DNA of 54,264 nucleotides from an uncultured Erysipelothrix sp. (GTDB lineage Bacteria; Bacillota_I; Bacilli_A; Erysipelotrichales; Erysipelotrichaceae): NCBI GenBank assembly GCA_964429205.1, contig CAYSBB010000001.1, positions 14,416 to 68,679 of the forward strand, read 5' to 3'. Shown piece by piece: positions 9,477 to 19,530 of this stretch (position 1 is its first letter; each line of letters starts with the position of its first letter). The notes under the pieces were generated by a model. It saw only the letters and a program-made list of their open reading frames with translations, ran no database searches and was not told where the DNA came from. The position numbers and the translations under genes were made by a program.

Positions 9477-11179
9477 AACGTTTATTCTCTTTAGTCAAGG
9501 TCATGTTGAAGTCCAGTATTCAAAGCATGAGTTCACTGGATGGGATGCGTATTAAAAAAACAGACTCTAAGAAAAAGAAAGCTTTTGCGCTTGTCGGAGC
9601 AATCTTACTTTTAGCTTACTTATTTGGAATTATTTTCGTACCAACACAACTTTTAGTCAAACAATTTGTGAAGTTAGGACAACCCAGTACTTTAATCAGT
9701 CTACTTTATGCAATAGCACCTGTCATGATTCTTTACTTTGCGTTTTTATCAATTCCTGGTATCTTTTATTTTTCAAAAGATATTAACAATTATCTCCCAC
9801 TTCCCTTCACGTCACTTGAAATCATTACTTCAAAATTTATCACTGCTTATGTATCAACATTTGTGACAACTGCATTTATTTTCTTACCAATTTATATTAA
9901 TTATTTTATATTTGTAAGTCCTGGTGTTTTATTTATTCTGACATCACTACTTTCACTTTTAATTTTACCGCTCATTCCTTTAGCAATCGCAATGATCATC
10001 GTGGCCGTGTTAATGCGCTTTGTGCCATTTTTAAAGAATAAGAACTTATTTATCTATGTCAGTATGGGACTTGTATTTATCCCTACCATGATCCTTGTGA
10101 TGTCCATGAGTGGTGTTGATACAGATGCAGATATGATCGAAGCCATTACTACCGCCATCTTAAATATGGATGATTCACTCTTTAGAGAAATCAGTTTATT
10201 CTTCCCTACTTCTAAGATGCTGACACTGGGCGCCATTGACAATAATTTTATTCAATTATTCCTAGCGGCATTCATTTCAATTGTCATCAGTGCTGTTTCT
10301 ATTCTCGTTGTAAAAACAATGTACTTTGAAAGTGTCATTGGGATTGATGAACACGTATCTAAAAAACGTAAATTAAGACTCACTGAAATGGATCATGAAA
10401 CGAAAGTCTCTTCCTTCACAAAAAGTTTTATGGTAAAAGACTTTAAAAATATCCTGAGAACACCAGCATTTTTAATGAATTACTTCAGTATGTTTCTGGT
10501 TTTACCGATATTGGGTCTTATTCCAATCTTCACACAGAAAAACGGGATCCAAGGATTTATGGAAATGGTAAAAGGGTTATCCGAACTCTTTCATACTTAC
10601 TTTGAAACGCTAAGTGGTCTTGATCAAATCCAAGCGCCACTTCTTGCAGGTTTGGCCTTGGGTGTTGTGATCGCAGCACTTGAAGCGTCTAATTCTACTG
10701 CCATCTCACGTGAAGGTTTGGCACTGAGAAACTACTTAACCTTCCCAATAAGACTCTCTGACATCACACATGCTAAAGCACGCTTGTCACTATCTATATC
10801 ATCAATCTACATCACGGTAATCATGATTTTAGGTATTCTTGTCTTAAGACCTGGTGTCCTGATATTTATCTTGTTTTTCGTAAGTACCATCATTGGTCTT
10901 ATCTTGATTACTTATGTTTCGATTTTAGTGGACGTCTTGTTTCCATCCTTAAACTGGGAAACAGAACAACAAGCCGTTAAAGGTAATTTTGTTCAAGTAT
11001 TGGTGATGTTACCTGCCTTATTTTTACCATTACTTATTGTTGCGGCATTCTTTTTCACACCAGCCTTATTGAATATTTTGGTTGTCTTGATGGCCTTACC
11101 ACTTTTAACAGGATTCATCATTTTAGAAACAACTAAAGCTTCAAATACGCGTTTATTAAATAAAATACAAAAAACTTAA
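9473..11179 (+). CDS. ABC-2 type transporter permease (multi-pass membrane protein)
   Basis: Many hydrophobic segments, LPLP and ISREG motifs; ATGA overlap with the ATPase gene. Confidence 0.82.
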   Translation: MKRLFSLVKVMLKSSIQSMSSLDGMRIKKTDSKKKKAFALVGAILLLAYLFGIIFVPTQLLVKQFVKLGQPSTLISLLYAIAPVMILYFAFLSIPGIFYFSKDINNYLPLPFTSLEIITSKFITAYVSTFVTTAFIFLPIYINYFIFVSPGVLFILTSLLSLLILPLIPLAIAMIIVAVLMRFVPFLKNKNLFIYVSMGLVFIPTMILVMSMSGVDTDADMIEAITTAILNMDDSLFREISLFFPTSKMLTLGAIDNNFIQLFLAAFISIVISAVSILVVKTMYFESVIGIDEHVSKKRKLRLTEMDHETKVSSFTKSFMVKDFKNILRTPAFLMNYFSMFLVLPILGLIPIFTQKNGIQGFMEMVKGLSELFHTYFETLSGLDQIQAPLLAGLALGVVIAALEASNSTAISREGLALRNYLTFPIRLSDITHAKARLSLSISSIYITVIMILGILVLRPGVLIFILFFVSTIIGLILITYVSILVDVLFPSLNWETEQQAVKGNFVQVLVMLPALFLPLLIVAAFFFTPALLNILVVLMALPLLTGFIILETTKASNTRLLNKIQKT

Positions 11180-11186
11180 GGCAAAC

Positions 11187-11216
11187 AAAAAAAACGAACT
11201 CACGAGTTCGTTTTTT
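11187..11216. terminator. Bidirectional intrinsic terminator
   Basis: A8-CGAACT-CACG-AGTTCG-T6 between convergent genes. Confidence 0.85.
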
Positions 11217-11226
11217 ATTTGCTTAA

Positions 11227-12525
11227 TTATACAGCACCTTGAAATTTAATCGCCTCTTTAACGCGCTTATAGCCCGCTAAGTTCGCACCCACCACAAAAT
11301 TATAAGGTTTATCAACCGATGCAGCTGTGTCTTTTATGAGCTTATAAATGCCTTTCATGATTTGATGAAGTCTTGCATCAACTGCTTCAAATGAATAAAC
11401 ATCCATTTGTGAATTTTGCATCATTTCAATACCAGACGTTGCAACACCACCTGCATTGGCAGCTTTACCTGGAATATAGTATAGATCTGAATCTTGCACT
11501 AACACCACAGCATCGTGGTCTAATGGCTTATTGGCACCTTCGACGAGGTATTTTGTGCCATTATTAATAAGTTTTTGTAGGTTTTCACCGCTGAGTTCAT
11601 TTTGAGTTGCACAAGGTATTGCAATATCACATTTTACATTCCAGATGTGTGATGGATCATGAATTTCAAGTCCACTTTCTTTGGCATAGTTTTCTAAAAG
11701 ACCCATGTTGTCCATTTTTTCTACCAAAATGGCATCAACATCTAAACCATTTTCATCAACGATGGTCCCTGAAATATCATTCATAGCCACAACTTTGGCA
11801 CCCAAATCATAGGCTTTTTTCGCAGCATAGGCACCCACTTTACCAGAACCTGTGACGATGACTGATTTGCCCTCTAAAGTATCACCAAGATCATGTAAAA
11901 GTTCTTGTGTAATATAGACAACACCATAACCGGTAGCTTCAGAGCGCCCTTTGGCCCCACCTAAAACGATGGGTTTTCCTGTAAAGACGCCTTCATAAGA
12001 CATGCTGAGTTTCTTATATTGACCATACATATAACCAATTTCACGATGTCCAACACCAATATCACCAGCAGGAACATCAACGGTTGCGCCAATATGACGA
12101 TATAGTTCACTCATGAAGTTTTGACAAAATGACATGATTTCGCGATCTGATTTTCCAACAGGATTAAAATCAGCACCACCCTTAGCGCCACCCAGTGGTA
12201 AACCGGTTAAAGCATTTTTAAAGGTTTGTTCAAACGCAAGAAACTTCATGACATCCAGTGTCACACTTGCATCAAAACGGATTCCGCCTTTATAAGGTCC
12301 TAAAGCACTGGAGTGCTGGACGCGATAACCATAGTTGACTTGTGTTTTACCCTTGTCATCGACCCATGGTACTCTAAAGGTAATGATACGCTCTGAGTGT
12401 AATACCATATTCAATGTTTCTTCATCCAAGTATTCATGAATGGAATCTACGAATTCTCTTGTGGTGTTTTCAAACATTTTTTCATCAGGATATTTACTGT
12501 GGAACTCTTTTAATAAATCGTACAT
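11227..12525 (-). CDS. gdhA: Glutamate dehydrogenase (GdhA type)
   Basis: GPYKGGIRF, FKNALTGLPLGGAKGG, DVPAGDIGVG, EGAN, PGKAANAGGV. Confidence 0.93.
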   Translation of the reverse strand: MYDLLKEFHSKYPDEKMFENTTREFVDSIHEYLDEETLNMVLHSERIITFRVPWVDDKGKTQVNYGYRVQHSSALGPYKGGIRFDASVTLDVMKFLAFEQTFKNALTGLPLGGAKGGADFNPVGKSDREIMSFCQNFMSELYRHIGATVDVPAGDIGVGHREIGYMYGQYKKLSMSYEGVFTGKPIVLGGAKGRSEATGYGVVYITQELLHDLGDTLEGKSVIVTGSGKVGAYAAKKAYDLGAKVVAMNDISGTIVDENGLDVDAILVEKMDNMGLLENYAKESGLEIHDPSHIWNVKCDIAIPCATQNELSGENLQKLINNGTKYLVEGANKPLDHDAVVLVQDSDLYYIPGKAANAGGVATSGIEMMQNSQMDVYSFEAVDARLHQIMKGIYKLIKDTAASVDKPYNFVVGANLAGYKRVKEAIKFQGAV

Positions 12526-12543
12526 ACTTTTGCCTCCTTTTAA

Positions 12544-13263
12544 TTAAAGCGTGATGTTGTGATAAACATCTTGCACATCTTCACATTCTTCTAACATCGA
12601 TGTGAGTTTCTCAAACATCTTTTTGTCATCGTCAGTTTCTAATGTGACTGAATCATGTGGTATATATGTCAGTTCAAGGACTTCAAAAGTAATCTCACCC
12701 AACACTTCATCTAAAGCATCTTTGGCTTTGTATAAATCTGTTGGTGAGACAATGATACTCATACTTCCCTCTTCAACTTCAATTTCTTGTAAATCAATAT
12801 CATTTTCTAGAAGAATTTCAAAAACTTTTTCTTCATCTTCAAAATCAAACCCTAAAACACCGACGTGGTCATAGCCATGCATCACAGAACCACTGACGCC
12901 CAGTTTACTGTTTGATTTTGTGAAAGCATTTCGTACTTCACTGATAGAGCGATTATCATTGTCTGTTAAACATTCAACGATAAAGGTTGATCCAGCTGGA
13001 CCAAAACCTTCATAACGTACCGCGTGGTAATCTTCACCGGTACCACCTTTTGCTTTTTCGATGGCACGATCAATGACATCTTTGGGTACTTGATCTTGTC
13101 TTGCTCTTTCAATAATTCTTTTTAAGCTGGGATTCATTTCTGGATCTGGTTCACCATTTTTGGCTTCCATATAAATTTCTTTACCGTATTTTGAATACAC
13201 TTTTGCTTTTGCGGCCGCTGTTTTTAAAATGGCTGCTTTTCTAACTTCAAATGCGCGTCCCAT
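12544..13263 (-). CDS. YebC/PmpR family protein
   Basis: RYEGFGP, LTDN.NR and EDVQDVYHN motifs. Confidence 0.93.
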   Translation of the reverse strand: MGRAFEVRKAAILKTAAAKAKVYSKYGKEIYMEAKNGEPDPEMNPSLKRIIERARQDQVPKDVIDRAIEKAKGGTGEDYHAVRYEGFGPAGSTFIVECLTDNDNRSISEVRNAFTKSNSKLGVSGSVMHGYDHVGVLGFDFEDEEKVFEILLENDIDLQEIEVEEGSMSIIVSPTDLYKAKDALDEVLGEITFEVLELTYIPHDSVTLETDDDKKMFEKLTSMLEECEDVQDVYHNITL

Positions 13264-13299
13264 GTGTTCACCCCTTTATTTTATTTATTATACACTATT

Positions 13300-15672
13300 T
13301 TATCGAATGGTTGCATGATGTTTTTGTGTGAGTGCTTCTGTGATCTTTTCCATCACTTCTTGAATTTCATTTTCTTTTAAAGTATGGTCACTCGCAAATT
13401 CTAATTTAATGGCGATTGATTTTGAAGACTCAAGTTTGTCTGATGTAAACACATCAAAGACATTTTGTGATTTTAAGAGGCGTGATCCTGCTTTTTCAAT
13501 CGTTTGCATGAGTGTTTTTGCATCCACGCTCTTATCTACCAAGATAGACAGGTCACGTTCTACACTTGGATATGGAGAAATAGTTTCAGCTTTAACGGCT
13601 GCTTTTTTCTTGGTTAAGATATCCATGATATCAACTTCTAATATGACAGCATCTTTTAAATCATAATCTTTGGCTACATTTGGATGAATATGTCCCAGTA
13701 CGCCAATACGTTTACGATCTAAAGTAATGCTGGCTGTTTTGTATGGATGGAATGCATCTTTATCAAAATTATCTGCCACAAAGTCAATACGTCTTTCATT
13801 AAAGCCTAGAGCATCCATTAAGCGCACAAACATGCCTTTAACTGCATAAAAGTCTAAGTCCATGCTTTCTTTGAGCCAGTTTTGTTTTGGATGTTGACCC
13901 ATTCCTAAGATAATCATTTTCTCAGTTGTAATGTCTTGTGTATATATTTTTGATATTTCAAAGTATAAGCCATTTGAAACACGTCTTGCGGCATTATAGC
14001 TTGCGACTTCTAGGAGTGATGGTGTGAGCTGTGTTCTTAAGAATTCACGCTTATCACTCATGGGGCTGAGTAAGCGAATGGGGTTTGGTAAACCTTCTGC
14101 ACCTTCAGTATGTGCTTTTGACACAAGTGTGTATGAAAGTGTTTGATATGCACCAAAACCAAGCATGATTTCTTCGATTTGTGCAATCACTTTTTGTCTA
14201 TCATCAAGTGCACCCATGGTTAAATCAAGTTTTGGTAGGGTATCTTCTAAGATATCGTATCCTACCATACGAATGACTTCTTCAATTAAATCAACATCAA
14301 TACTGATGTCTTTTCTATATGATGGAATGTGACATGTAATCATATTTCCATCTAATTTTGGTTCAAAATAAAGTCTTTCAAAAACATCCATTACAGTTTC
14401 AAGTGTTAAACTTGTCCCTAAGTAAGCATTAATCTTTTCAAATTCAATGCTGACTTCTACAGGTGTATACGATACCTCGCCATAACTTGCAGTTTCTTCA
14501 ATCAGTTCTGCATCAGCATAACGCACTAAAAGATCAACGGCACGATCCATCGCTTTGATGGGTGCCAAATCATCCATCGGTTTGGAGAACCTTTGAGAAC
14601 TTTCAGTACTTAAGCCAAGTCTAGATGCTGTTTTTCTAACGCGTACCATATCAAAACTTGCAACCTCAATAATAAGACCTCTTGTTTCATCGTGAATCAT
14701 GGAGTTACCAAGACCCATAATCCCGGCAATCCCAACAGGTAGATCTTCATTCATAATCAGCATATCGCCTTTTTGAATTTCATATTCTTTATCATCTAAA
14801 GCAACAACCGTTGTTTCTAAGTCATCACGAACACTGAGTGTTTGTTTTTCTAAGAAATCAATATCATAGAAATGTAACGGTTGTCCTGTTTCAAGCATCA
14901 CAAGGTTTGAAATATCAACGACATTATTAATTGAATTAATACCTGATCCAATTAAGGCTTGTTTAATCCACTGTGGTGATTCTTTAATCGTTACTTTTCC
15001 AATAACTTTTCCTAAGAATTGTTTTACTTTATCTGTATCTGAATTTACAGTTAATTTTGTTTTTGATCCAACGTTGGATGCACCTTCAAAATCTTCAATT
15101 TGTAGTTTTCTTTCAAAGATGGCGCTAACTTCATGTGCGACCGCATGCATGGCGAGGAAATCTGATCTATTTGGAGTTTGCGATACATCAATGATTTCAT
15201 CATCAAAGCCTAAAGCTGATAATGCATCATCACCTGGATTTCCTTGTTTTAAAACAACGATGCCCTCTTTATCTTCTTCACTCATGTATTTTTCTGCGAC
15301 ACCCAGTTCATTTAATGAACATATCATCCCGTTTGATTCAACACCACGAATCTTCGTAGGTTTAATGGTGAGATCAGGTAAAACAGATCCCACTTGTGCG
15401 ACGACAACTTTTTGGTCTTTGGCGACATTTGCGGCACCACAAACAATTTGTTCAACACTTTTTCCAATATCTACCTTACAGACGGATAAGTTATCACTGT
15501 CAGGGTGTTTTTCACACTCCAAAACATGACCCACTACTAAATCTGTGCCGTAAGCTAAATGACTGACACCTTCTACTTCAAGCCCTGCGTCTGTGAGCGC
15601 TGTTGTTAAAGTGTCTGTATCAATATCTTTGATATCAACATATCTATTTAATAATTTTCTACTGATTAACAT
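13300..15672 (-). CDS. pheT: Phenylalanine-tRNA ligase beta subunit
   Basis: HPDSD, QIVCGA, S.GMICS, TPNR.D, DLIEEV.R, FDX-ACB motif ERDLS. Confidence 0.96.
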   Translation of the reverse strand: MLISRKLLNRYVDIKDIDTDTLTTALTDAGLEVEGVSHLAYGTDLVVGHVLECEKHPDSDNLSVCKVDIGKSVEQIVCGAANVAKDQKVVVAQVGSVLPDLTIKPTKIRGVESNGMICSLNELGVAEKYMSEEDKEGIVVLKQGNPGDDALSALGFDDEIIDVSQTPNRSDFLAMHAVAHEVSAIFERKLQIEDFEGASNVGSKTKLTVNSDTDKVKQFLGKVIGKVTIKESPQWIKQALIGSGINSINNVVDISNLVMLETGQPLHFYDIDFLEKQTLSVRDDLETTVVALDDKEYEIQKGDMLIMNEDLPVGIAGIMGLGNSMIHDETRGLIIEVASFDMVRVRKTASRLGLSTESSQRFSKPMDDLAPIKAMDRAVDLLVRYADAELIEETASYGEVSYTPVEVSIEFEKINAYLGTSLTLETVMDVFERLYFEPKLDGNMITCHIPSYRKDISIDVDLIEEVIRMVGYDILEDTLPKLDLTMGALDDRQKVIAQIEEIMLGFGAYQTLSYTLVSKAHTEGAEGLPNPIRLLSPMSDKREFLRTQLTPSLLEVASYNAARRVSNGLYFEISKIYTQDITTEKMIILGMGQHPKQNWLKESMDLDFYAVKGMFVRLMDALGFNERRIDFVADNFDKDAFHPYKTASITLDRKRIGVLGHIHPNVAKDYDLKDAVILEVDIMDILTKKKAAVKAETISPYPSVERDLSILVDKSVDAKTLMQTIEKAGSRLLKSQNVFDVFTSDKLESSKSIAIKLEFASDHTLKENEIQEVMEKITEALTQKHHATIR

Positions 15673-15684
15673 ATAATCCTCCCA

Positions 15685-16716
15685 CTATTCAAAACGCTTA
15701 AATTGTTCAATGAATCGCTTGTCATTGATATAGAATGAACGAATATCTTCAATGCCATACTTGAGCATGGCGATACGTTCAACCCCGATACCAAATGCAA
15801 AGCCTGTGAGCGTTTTATCTTCATATCCAGCACTTTCAAAAACATATGGGTGAACCATACCAGCGCCTAAAATTTCAATCCAACCTGTTTGCTTACAAAT
15901 TGAACATCCCTTACCATCACAAAATGGACAGGAAACATCTACTTCTACACTGGGTTCTGTAAACTGGAAGTATGAAGGTCTAAAGCGTACTGTTCTTGAT
16001 TTTCCAAACATCTTTTGCGCAAAGAGTGCCAAGGTTCCTTTTAAATCACTTAAAGTAATGCCATGTCCAACCACAAGTCCTTCCATTTGGAAGAATTGGT
16101 GAGAGTGTGTTGCATCATCATCATCACGACGATACACTTTTCCAGGACAAACTACTTTAACAGGCACTTTGGGTGCGTGTTCTTCTAATGTTCTTGTTTG
16201 AATCGCTGAAGTGTGGGTTCTGAGTAATGTGTGCTCGTCAATATAGAATGTGTCTTGCATTTCTCGTGCTGGGTGATCTTGAGGAATGTTGGCACGCTCA
16301 AAGTTATAGAGATCAAGTTCTACTTCATCTCCTTCTATAATTTCATAACCCATTTCTCTAAAGGTTTCTTCAATTTCTCTTTGAACCATAATTAAAGGGT
16401 TTTGTGCACCAATTTCAAATTCATTGCCTGGTAAAGAAACGTCAATCGCTTCTTTTTTCATGTCAATTTGAAGTTTTAATGCATCAAGCTCTTCTTTTTT
16501 GTCTTCTAAAATTGCTTCAATCTTAGATTTGACTTCGTTTAACATCTTTCCAAATACAGGTTTTTCCTCATTGGTTAAATTTTTCATTTCTTTCATTGCG
16601 TCCGTTAAAAGCCCTTTTCGACTCATATACTTAATTCGCATATCTTCAAGGGTCTTTAAATCATTACTTTCTTTAATTTCAGAAAGTGCCAATTCAAGTA
16701 TTTCTTTTAATTCCAT
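15685..16716 (-). CDS. pheS: Phenylalanine-tRNA ligase alpha subunit
   Basis: HPAREMQDTFY, LRTHTS, FRPSYFQFTEPS, GFAFGIGVER. Confidence 0.97.
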   Translation of the reverse strand: MELKEILELALSEIKESNDLKTLEDMRIKYMSRKGLLTDAMKEMKNLTNEEKPVFGKMLNEVKSKIEAILEDKKEELDALKLQIDMKKEAIDVSLPGNEFEIGAQNPLIMVQREIEETFREMGYEIIEGDEVELDLYNFERANIPQDHPAREMQDTFYIDEHTLLRTHTSAIQTRTLEEHAPKVPVKVVCPGKVYRRDDDDATHSHQFFQMEGLVVGHGITLSDLKGTLALFAQKMFGKSRTVRFRPSYFQFTEPSVEVDVSCPFCDGKGCSICKQTGWIEILGAGMVHPYVFESAGYEDKTLTGFAFGIGVERIAMLKYGIEDIRSFYINDKRFIEQFKRFE

Positions 16717-16734
16717 GTTTTATCTCCTTCTCCA

Positions 16735-16940
16735 TAAAAAAAACGCCTGCCAGGAACGACAAGCGCGGTACCATCCTGTTTTATTTTGCATACACAAAAT
16801 ACTCTTTGGGCATATAACGTTGCCACACGGAAGTGATTAGCTTCTCTCAGAGGTGAATTCCTTAAGTTGTTAGATGGATTTGCACCAACCATCCATTCTC
16901 TATACTAACAAGCCTTAAATACTATGTCTCTTCAACGATT
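16735..16940 (-). promoter_or_regulatory. Phe-specific T-box riboswitch leader of pheST
   Basis: Minus strand has AGTA, AGAGA and GGTGCAA stem I motifs, GAA-TTC specifier (UUC at 16855-16857), T-box GGATGGTACCGCG (16764-16776) and a terminator with U tract; upstream promoter TTGCTT-17-TATAAT (16951-16979). Confidence 0.92.
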
Positions 16941-16982
16941 GTTCTTGTTCATTATACAAAATATTCGCATCTTAAGCAATAT

Positions 16983-17798
16983 TTAGTGCTTTATCTTATG
17001 GTTAATTGACTTCACAAAAAGTACAACCATTAAAATTAATGCAGAACTCAAGACGATGGAACCCCCGGGTTTGATGCCAAAAGGAATTAAGTATGATGCA
17101 ACAAGTCCCATCCAAACTGATAAGACAGAAAATACCAGTGAGATTAAAAGGGTTCTTTTATAACTCTTACAAATCTGTAAAGCAGATGCAACAGGAATAA
17201 TCATGAGTGAAGAAACAATTAAAGCACCCACAATTCTAGAAGTAATCGATACCGTAATGGCTGTTAAAATGGTAAAGATTAAATTATATCTTTGAACATT
17301 AATACCTGAAAGCTTTGCGCTGTCTTCATCAAAACTCATCATAAAGAATTGACGATAAAATAAGATTGAAATAAAGATTACTAAAATCCCAAACACAAAT
17401 GCAATCAACGCTTCTTGTTTTGAAATGGTTAAGATACTTCCAAAGAGAAAGGAATCAAAGTTTGCGCCGGTATTTGAAAATCCCAGTAAGATACCTGATA
17501 AACCAATACCCACAGAAGTAATAATTGTGAGTGCCAGTTCATCATAGCCGCGAAGTCTTTTTCTGATAAACTCCATCGATAAGGTCGCAAATAAAGTCAT
17601 CACAATGGCCCCAATAATTGGATCAATATTTAAGATTAAACCCATAATGACCCCTGCCAGTGAGATGTGTGAAAGTGCCTCACCAATCATGGACATTCTT
17701 TTAAAGACCATGATGGAGCCAATAAATGGTACCACTAAGGCAACCAGGGTCCCCACTAAAAAGGCTAAAACCATAAAATCATATTTAAATAGATTCAT
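16983..17798 (-). CDS. znuB: Zn/Mn ABC transporter permease
   Basis: EALSHISLAG, FLFGSIL, FDED.A, VGALIVSSL. Confidence 0.88.
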   Translation of the reverse strand: MNLFKYDFMVLAFLVGTLVALVVPFIGSIMVFKRMSMIGEALSHISLAGVIMGLILNIDPIIGAIVMTLFATLSMEFIRKRLRGYDELALTIITSVGIGLSGILLGFSNTGANFDSFLFGSILTISKQEALIAFVFGILVIFISILFYRQFFMMSFDEDSAKLSGINVQRYNLIFTILTAITVSITSRIVGALIVSSLMIIPVASALQICKSYKRTLLISLVFSVLSVWMGLVASYLIPFGIKPGGSIVLSSALILMVVLFVKSINHKIKH

Positions 17799-18435
17799 AA
17801 TTCACCTCAACTAAATGTGTATCTTTGAGTCGATAGATATGGCTTGCACTGTCTTTGACATCATCAATGTAGTGACTGACCATCCCAATGGTCATCCCTT
17901 CTTCATTGATTGATTTTAAAAGTGTGAGTAAACTTTGAATGCTTTTTTGATCAAGTCCTGTGGTCGGCTCATCTAAAATAAGAAAATCAATCTTTGAAAC
18001 GAGTTCTCTTGCGATTAAAACTCTTTGAAGCTGTCCCCCACTTAAATCAGAAATTCTTTTCTTTCTTAAATCTTCAATGCCAACTTTTTCTAAAGCACTT
18101 TTAACAGCCTTTTGGATTGGCTTTGAATTGATGTTAAAGAAGTTTGTTTTTTCAAGACGCATCGCAACCACTTCATAGACACTGGCTGGAAAGTCTTTTA
18201 AAGAAGTAAGACCTGTTTGAGGAATATAACCAATCTTATCTGTATTGAGTTTAACATCACCAATTTGAGGTTCTAAAAACCCCAAAATACATTTTAAAAG
18301 TGTTGATTTACCAGATCCATTATCGCCAGTTAAAACAAAGAAGTCTTTTTTCTTAATATTTAAATCCACCGAACAAAGGATTTCTTTTTTCTCATACGCA
18401 AAATGAAGATCTTTAATAGTTAAAACATCATTCAT
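17785..18435 (-). CDS. znuC: Zn/Mn ABC transporter ATP-binding protein
   Basis: GDNGSGKS, GYIPQ, LSGGQLQR, LDEPT. Confidence 0.88.
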   Translation of the reverse strand: MNDVLTIKDLHFAYEKKEILCSVDLNIKKKDFFVLTGDNGSGKSTLLKCILGFLEPQIGDVKLNTDKIGYIPQTGLTSLKDFPASVYEVVAMRLEKTNFFNINSKPIQKAVKSALEKVGIEDLRKKRISDLSGGQLQRVLIARELVSKIDFLILDEPTTGLDQKSIQSLLTLLKSINEEGMTIGMVSHYIDDVKDSASHIYRLKDTHLVEVNYESI

Positions 18436-19291
18436 CTTGTAGTGCCTCCTTTATCGATTCTAGGTTGGCTTTCATAATTTTAAAATAATCAAAATCACCA
18501 TTTCCAATTTCCATAGAATCAATAAGTAATACGTTTACATCTGCTTCTTTTGAAATTGTATCGATGACTTTTGTTGCATCATATTTCGAAAGCAACATAT
18601 GCTTAATCTCATGTTCGTTGATATATTCAACCACTTGACTGAGTTGTTGAATTGAAGGTTCTCCTTCAGGTAAGATACCTGAAATACTGACTTGTTTAAA
18701 ACCATAGCGACTTGAGATATAAGAAAAGATCTCATGTTCTAAAACAATGGATTTCCCTTTTGCGTCTATCAGTGATTCATTAAAAGAAGCCTGTAAGTCA
18801 TGCATTTTTGTCTTTAAGTCTAAATAACGTTTCTCATAATATTCCAGATGCTCTGGATCTTTATAGATAATGGCTTCATAAATATTATCAATTTGTGTTT
18901 CAGCTAAAAATGGATCGAGCCAAATATGTGGGTCAGGATGTTGTCCTCTTAAAATGGGGTCAATTCCGAAAGATGTTTCTACAACCACAAGGTTATCATT
19001 TTTTATCGAGTCTAAAGTTTTATCAACCCAGTGCTCTAAATGAAAACCATTATGAATGAATATGTCTGATTCTTCTATTTGAATGCGATCTTGAATGGAA
19101 GGCTCATAATCATGCGCATCACTTCCCTTATCAAGCACATTAAAAACGGTTCCATGTTTTCCGACGATTTCTTGTGTAAAGTAAGATAGTGGATAAAAAC
19201 TGACAGAAATATTTAAGGTATCTTCTTCTTTTTGAGTTTGACATCCTGTTAAAATTAACAGAACAATTGTTATGATAGTAAGTTTTTTCAT
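18428..19291 (-). CDS. znuA: Zn ABC transporter substrate-binding lipoprotein
   Basis: Lipobox LTGC; HDYEP, DPHIWLDP and a third His (EHEIF). Confidence 0.88.
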   Translation of the reverse strand: MKKLTIITIVLLILTGCQTQKEEDTLNISVSFYPLSYFTQEIVGKHGTVFNVLDKGSDAHDYEPSIQDRIQIEESDIFIHNGFHLEHWVDKTLDSIKNDNLVVVETSFGIDPILRGQHPDPHIWLDPFLAETQIDNIYEAIIYKDPEHLEYYEKRYLDLKTKMHDLQASFNESLIDAKGKSIVLEHEIFSYISSRYGFKQVSISGILPEGEPSIQQLSQVVEYINEHEIKHMLLSKYDATKVIDTISKEADVNVLLIDSMEIGNGDFDYFKIMKANLESIKEALQDE

Positions 19292-19301
19292 AATCCTCCT
19301 A

Positions 19302-19357
19302 TTTGCAAATCATTTGCAAAGTAGGTATATCATATAATATGTTTGATTTCATTGCAA
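19302..19357 (-). promoter_or_regulatory. znuA promoter with a 9-1-9 palindromic operator (Zur/Fur-family like)
   Basis: TTGCAA-17-TATGAT promoter; TTTGCAAAT-N-ATTTGCAAA at 19302-19320 next to the RBS. Confidence 0.7.
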
Positions 19358-19368
19358 GACATACACAC

Positions 19369-19394
19369 AAAAAAAATAGACCACTTGGTCTATT
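19369..19394 (-). terminator. Intrinsic terminator upstream of the znuA promoter
   Basis: AATAGACCA/TGGTCTATT stem followed by a long T tract on the minus strand. Confidence 0.75.
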
Positions 19395-19530
19395 GAGGTA
19401 TTAAACTTTATCGAAAAGAAAAAGACCAAAAGCGATAAACTTCCAGTCTCCTGCTTAATTACTATGGCCACTTAAAACCCATAGTAACTTATTCAATTTT
19501 AATACTTAATCCTATAAACCTTCATAGAAT

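Noticed and set aside
16707-16892. 61-aa ORF upstream of pheS as a possible leader peptide
   Set aside because: It lies within the T-box RNA, which fully explains the sequence, and it has no convincing RBS
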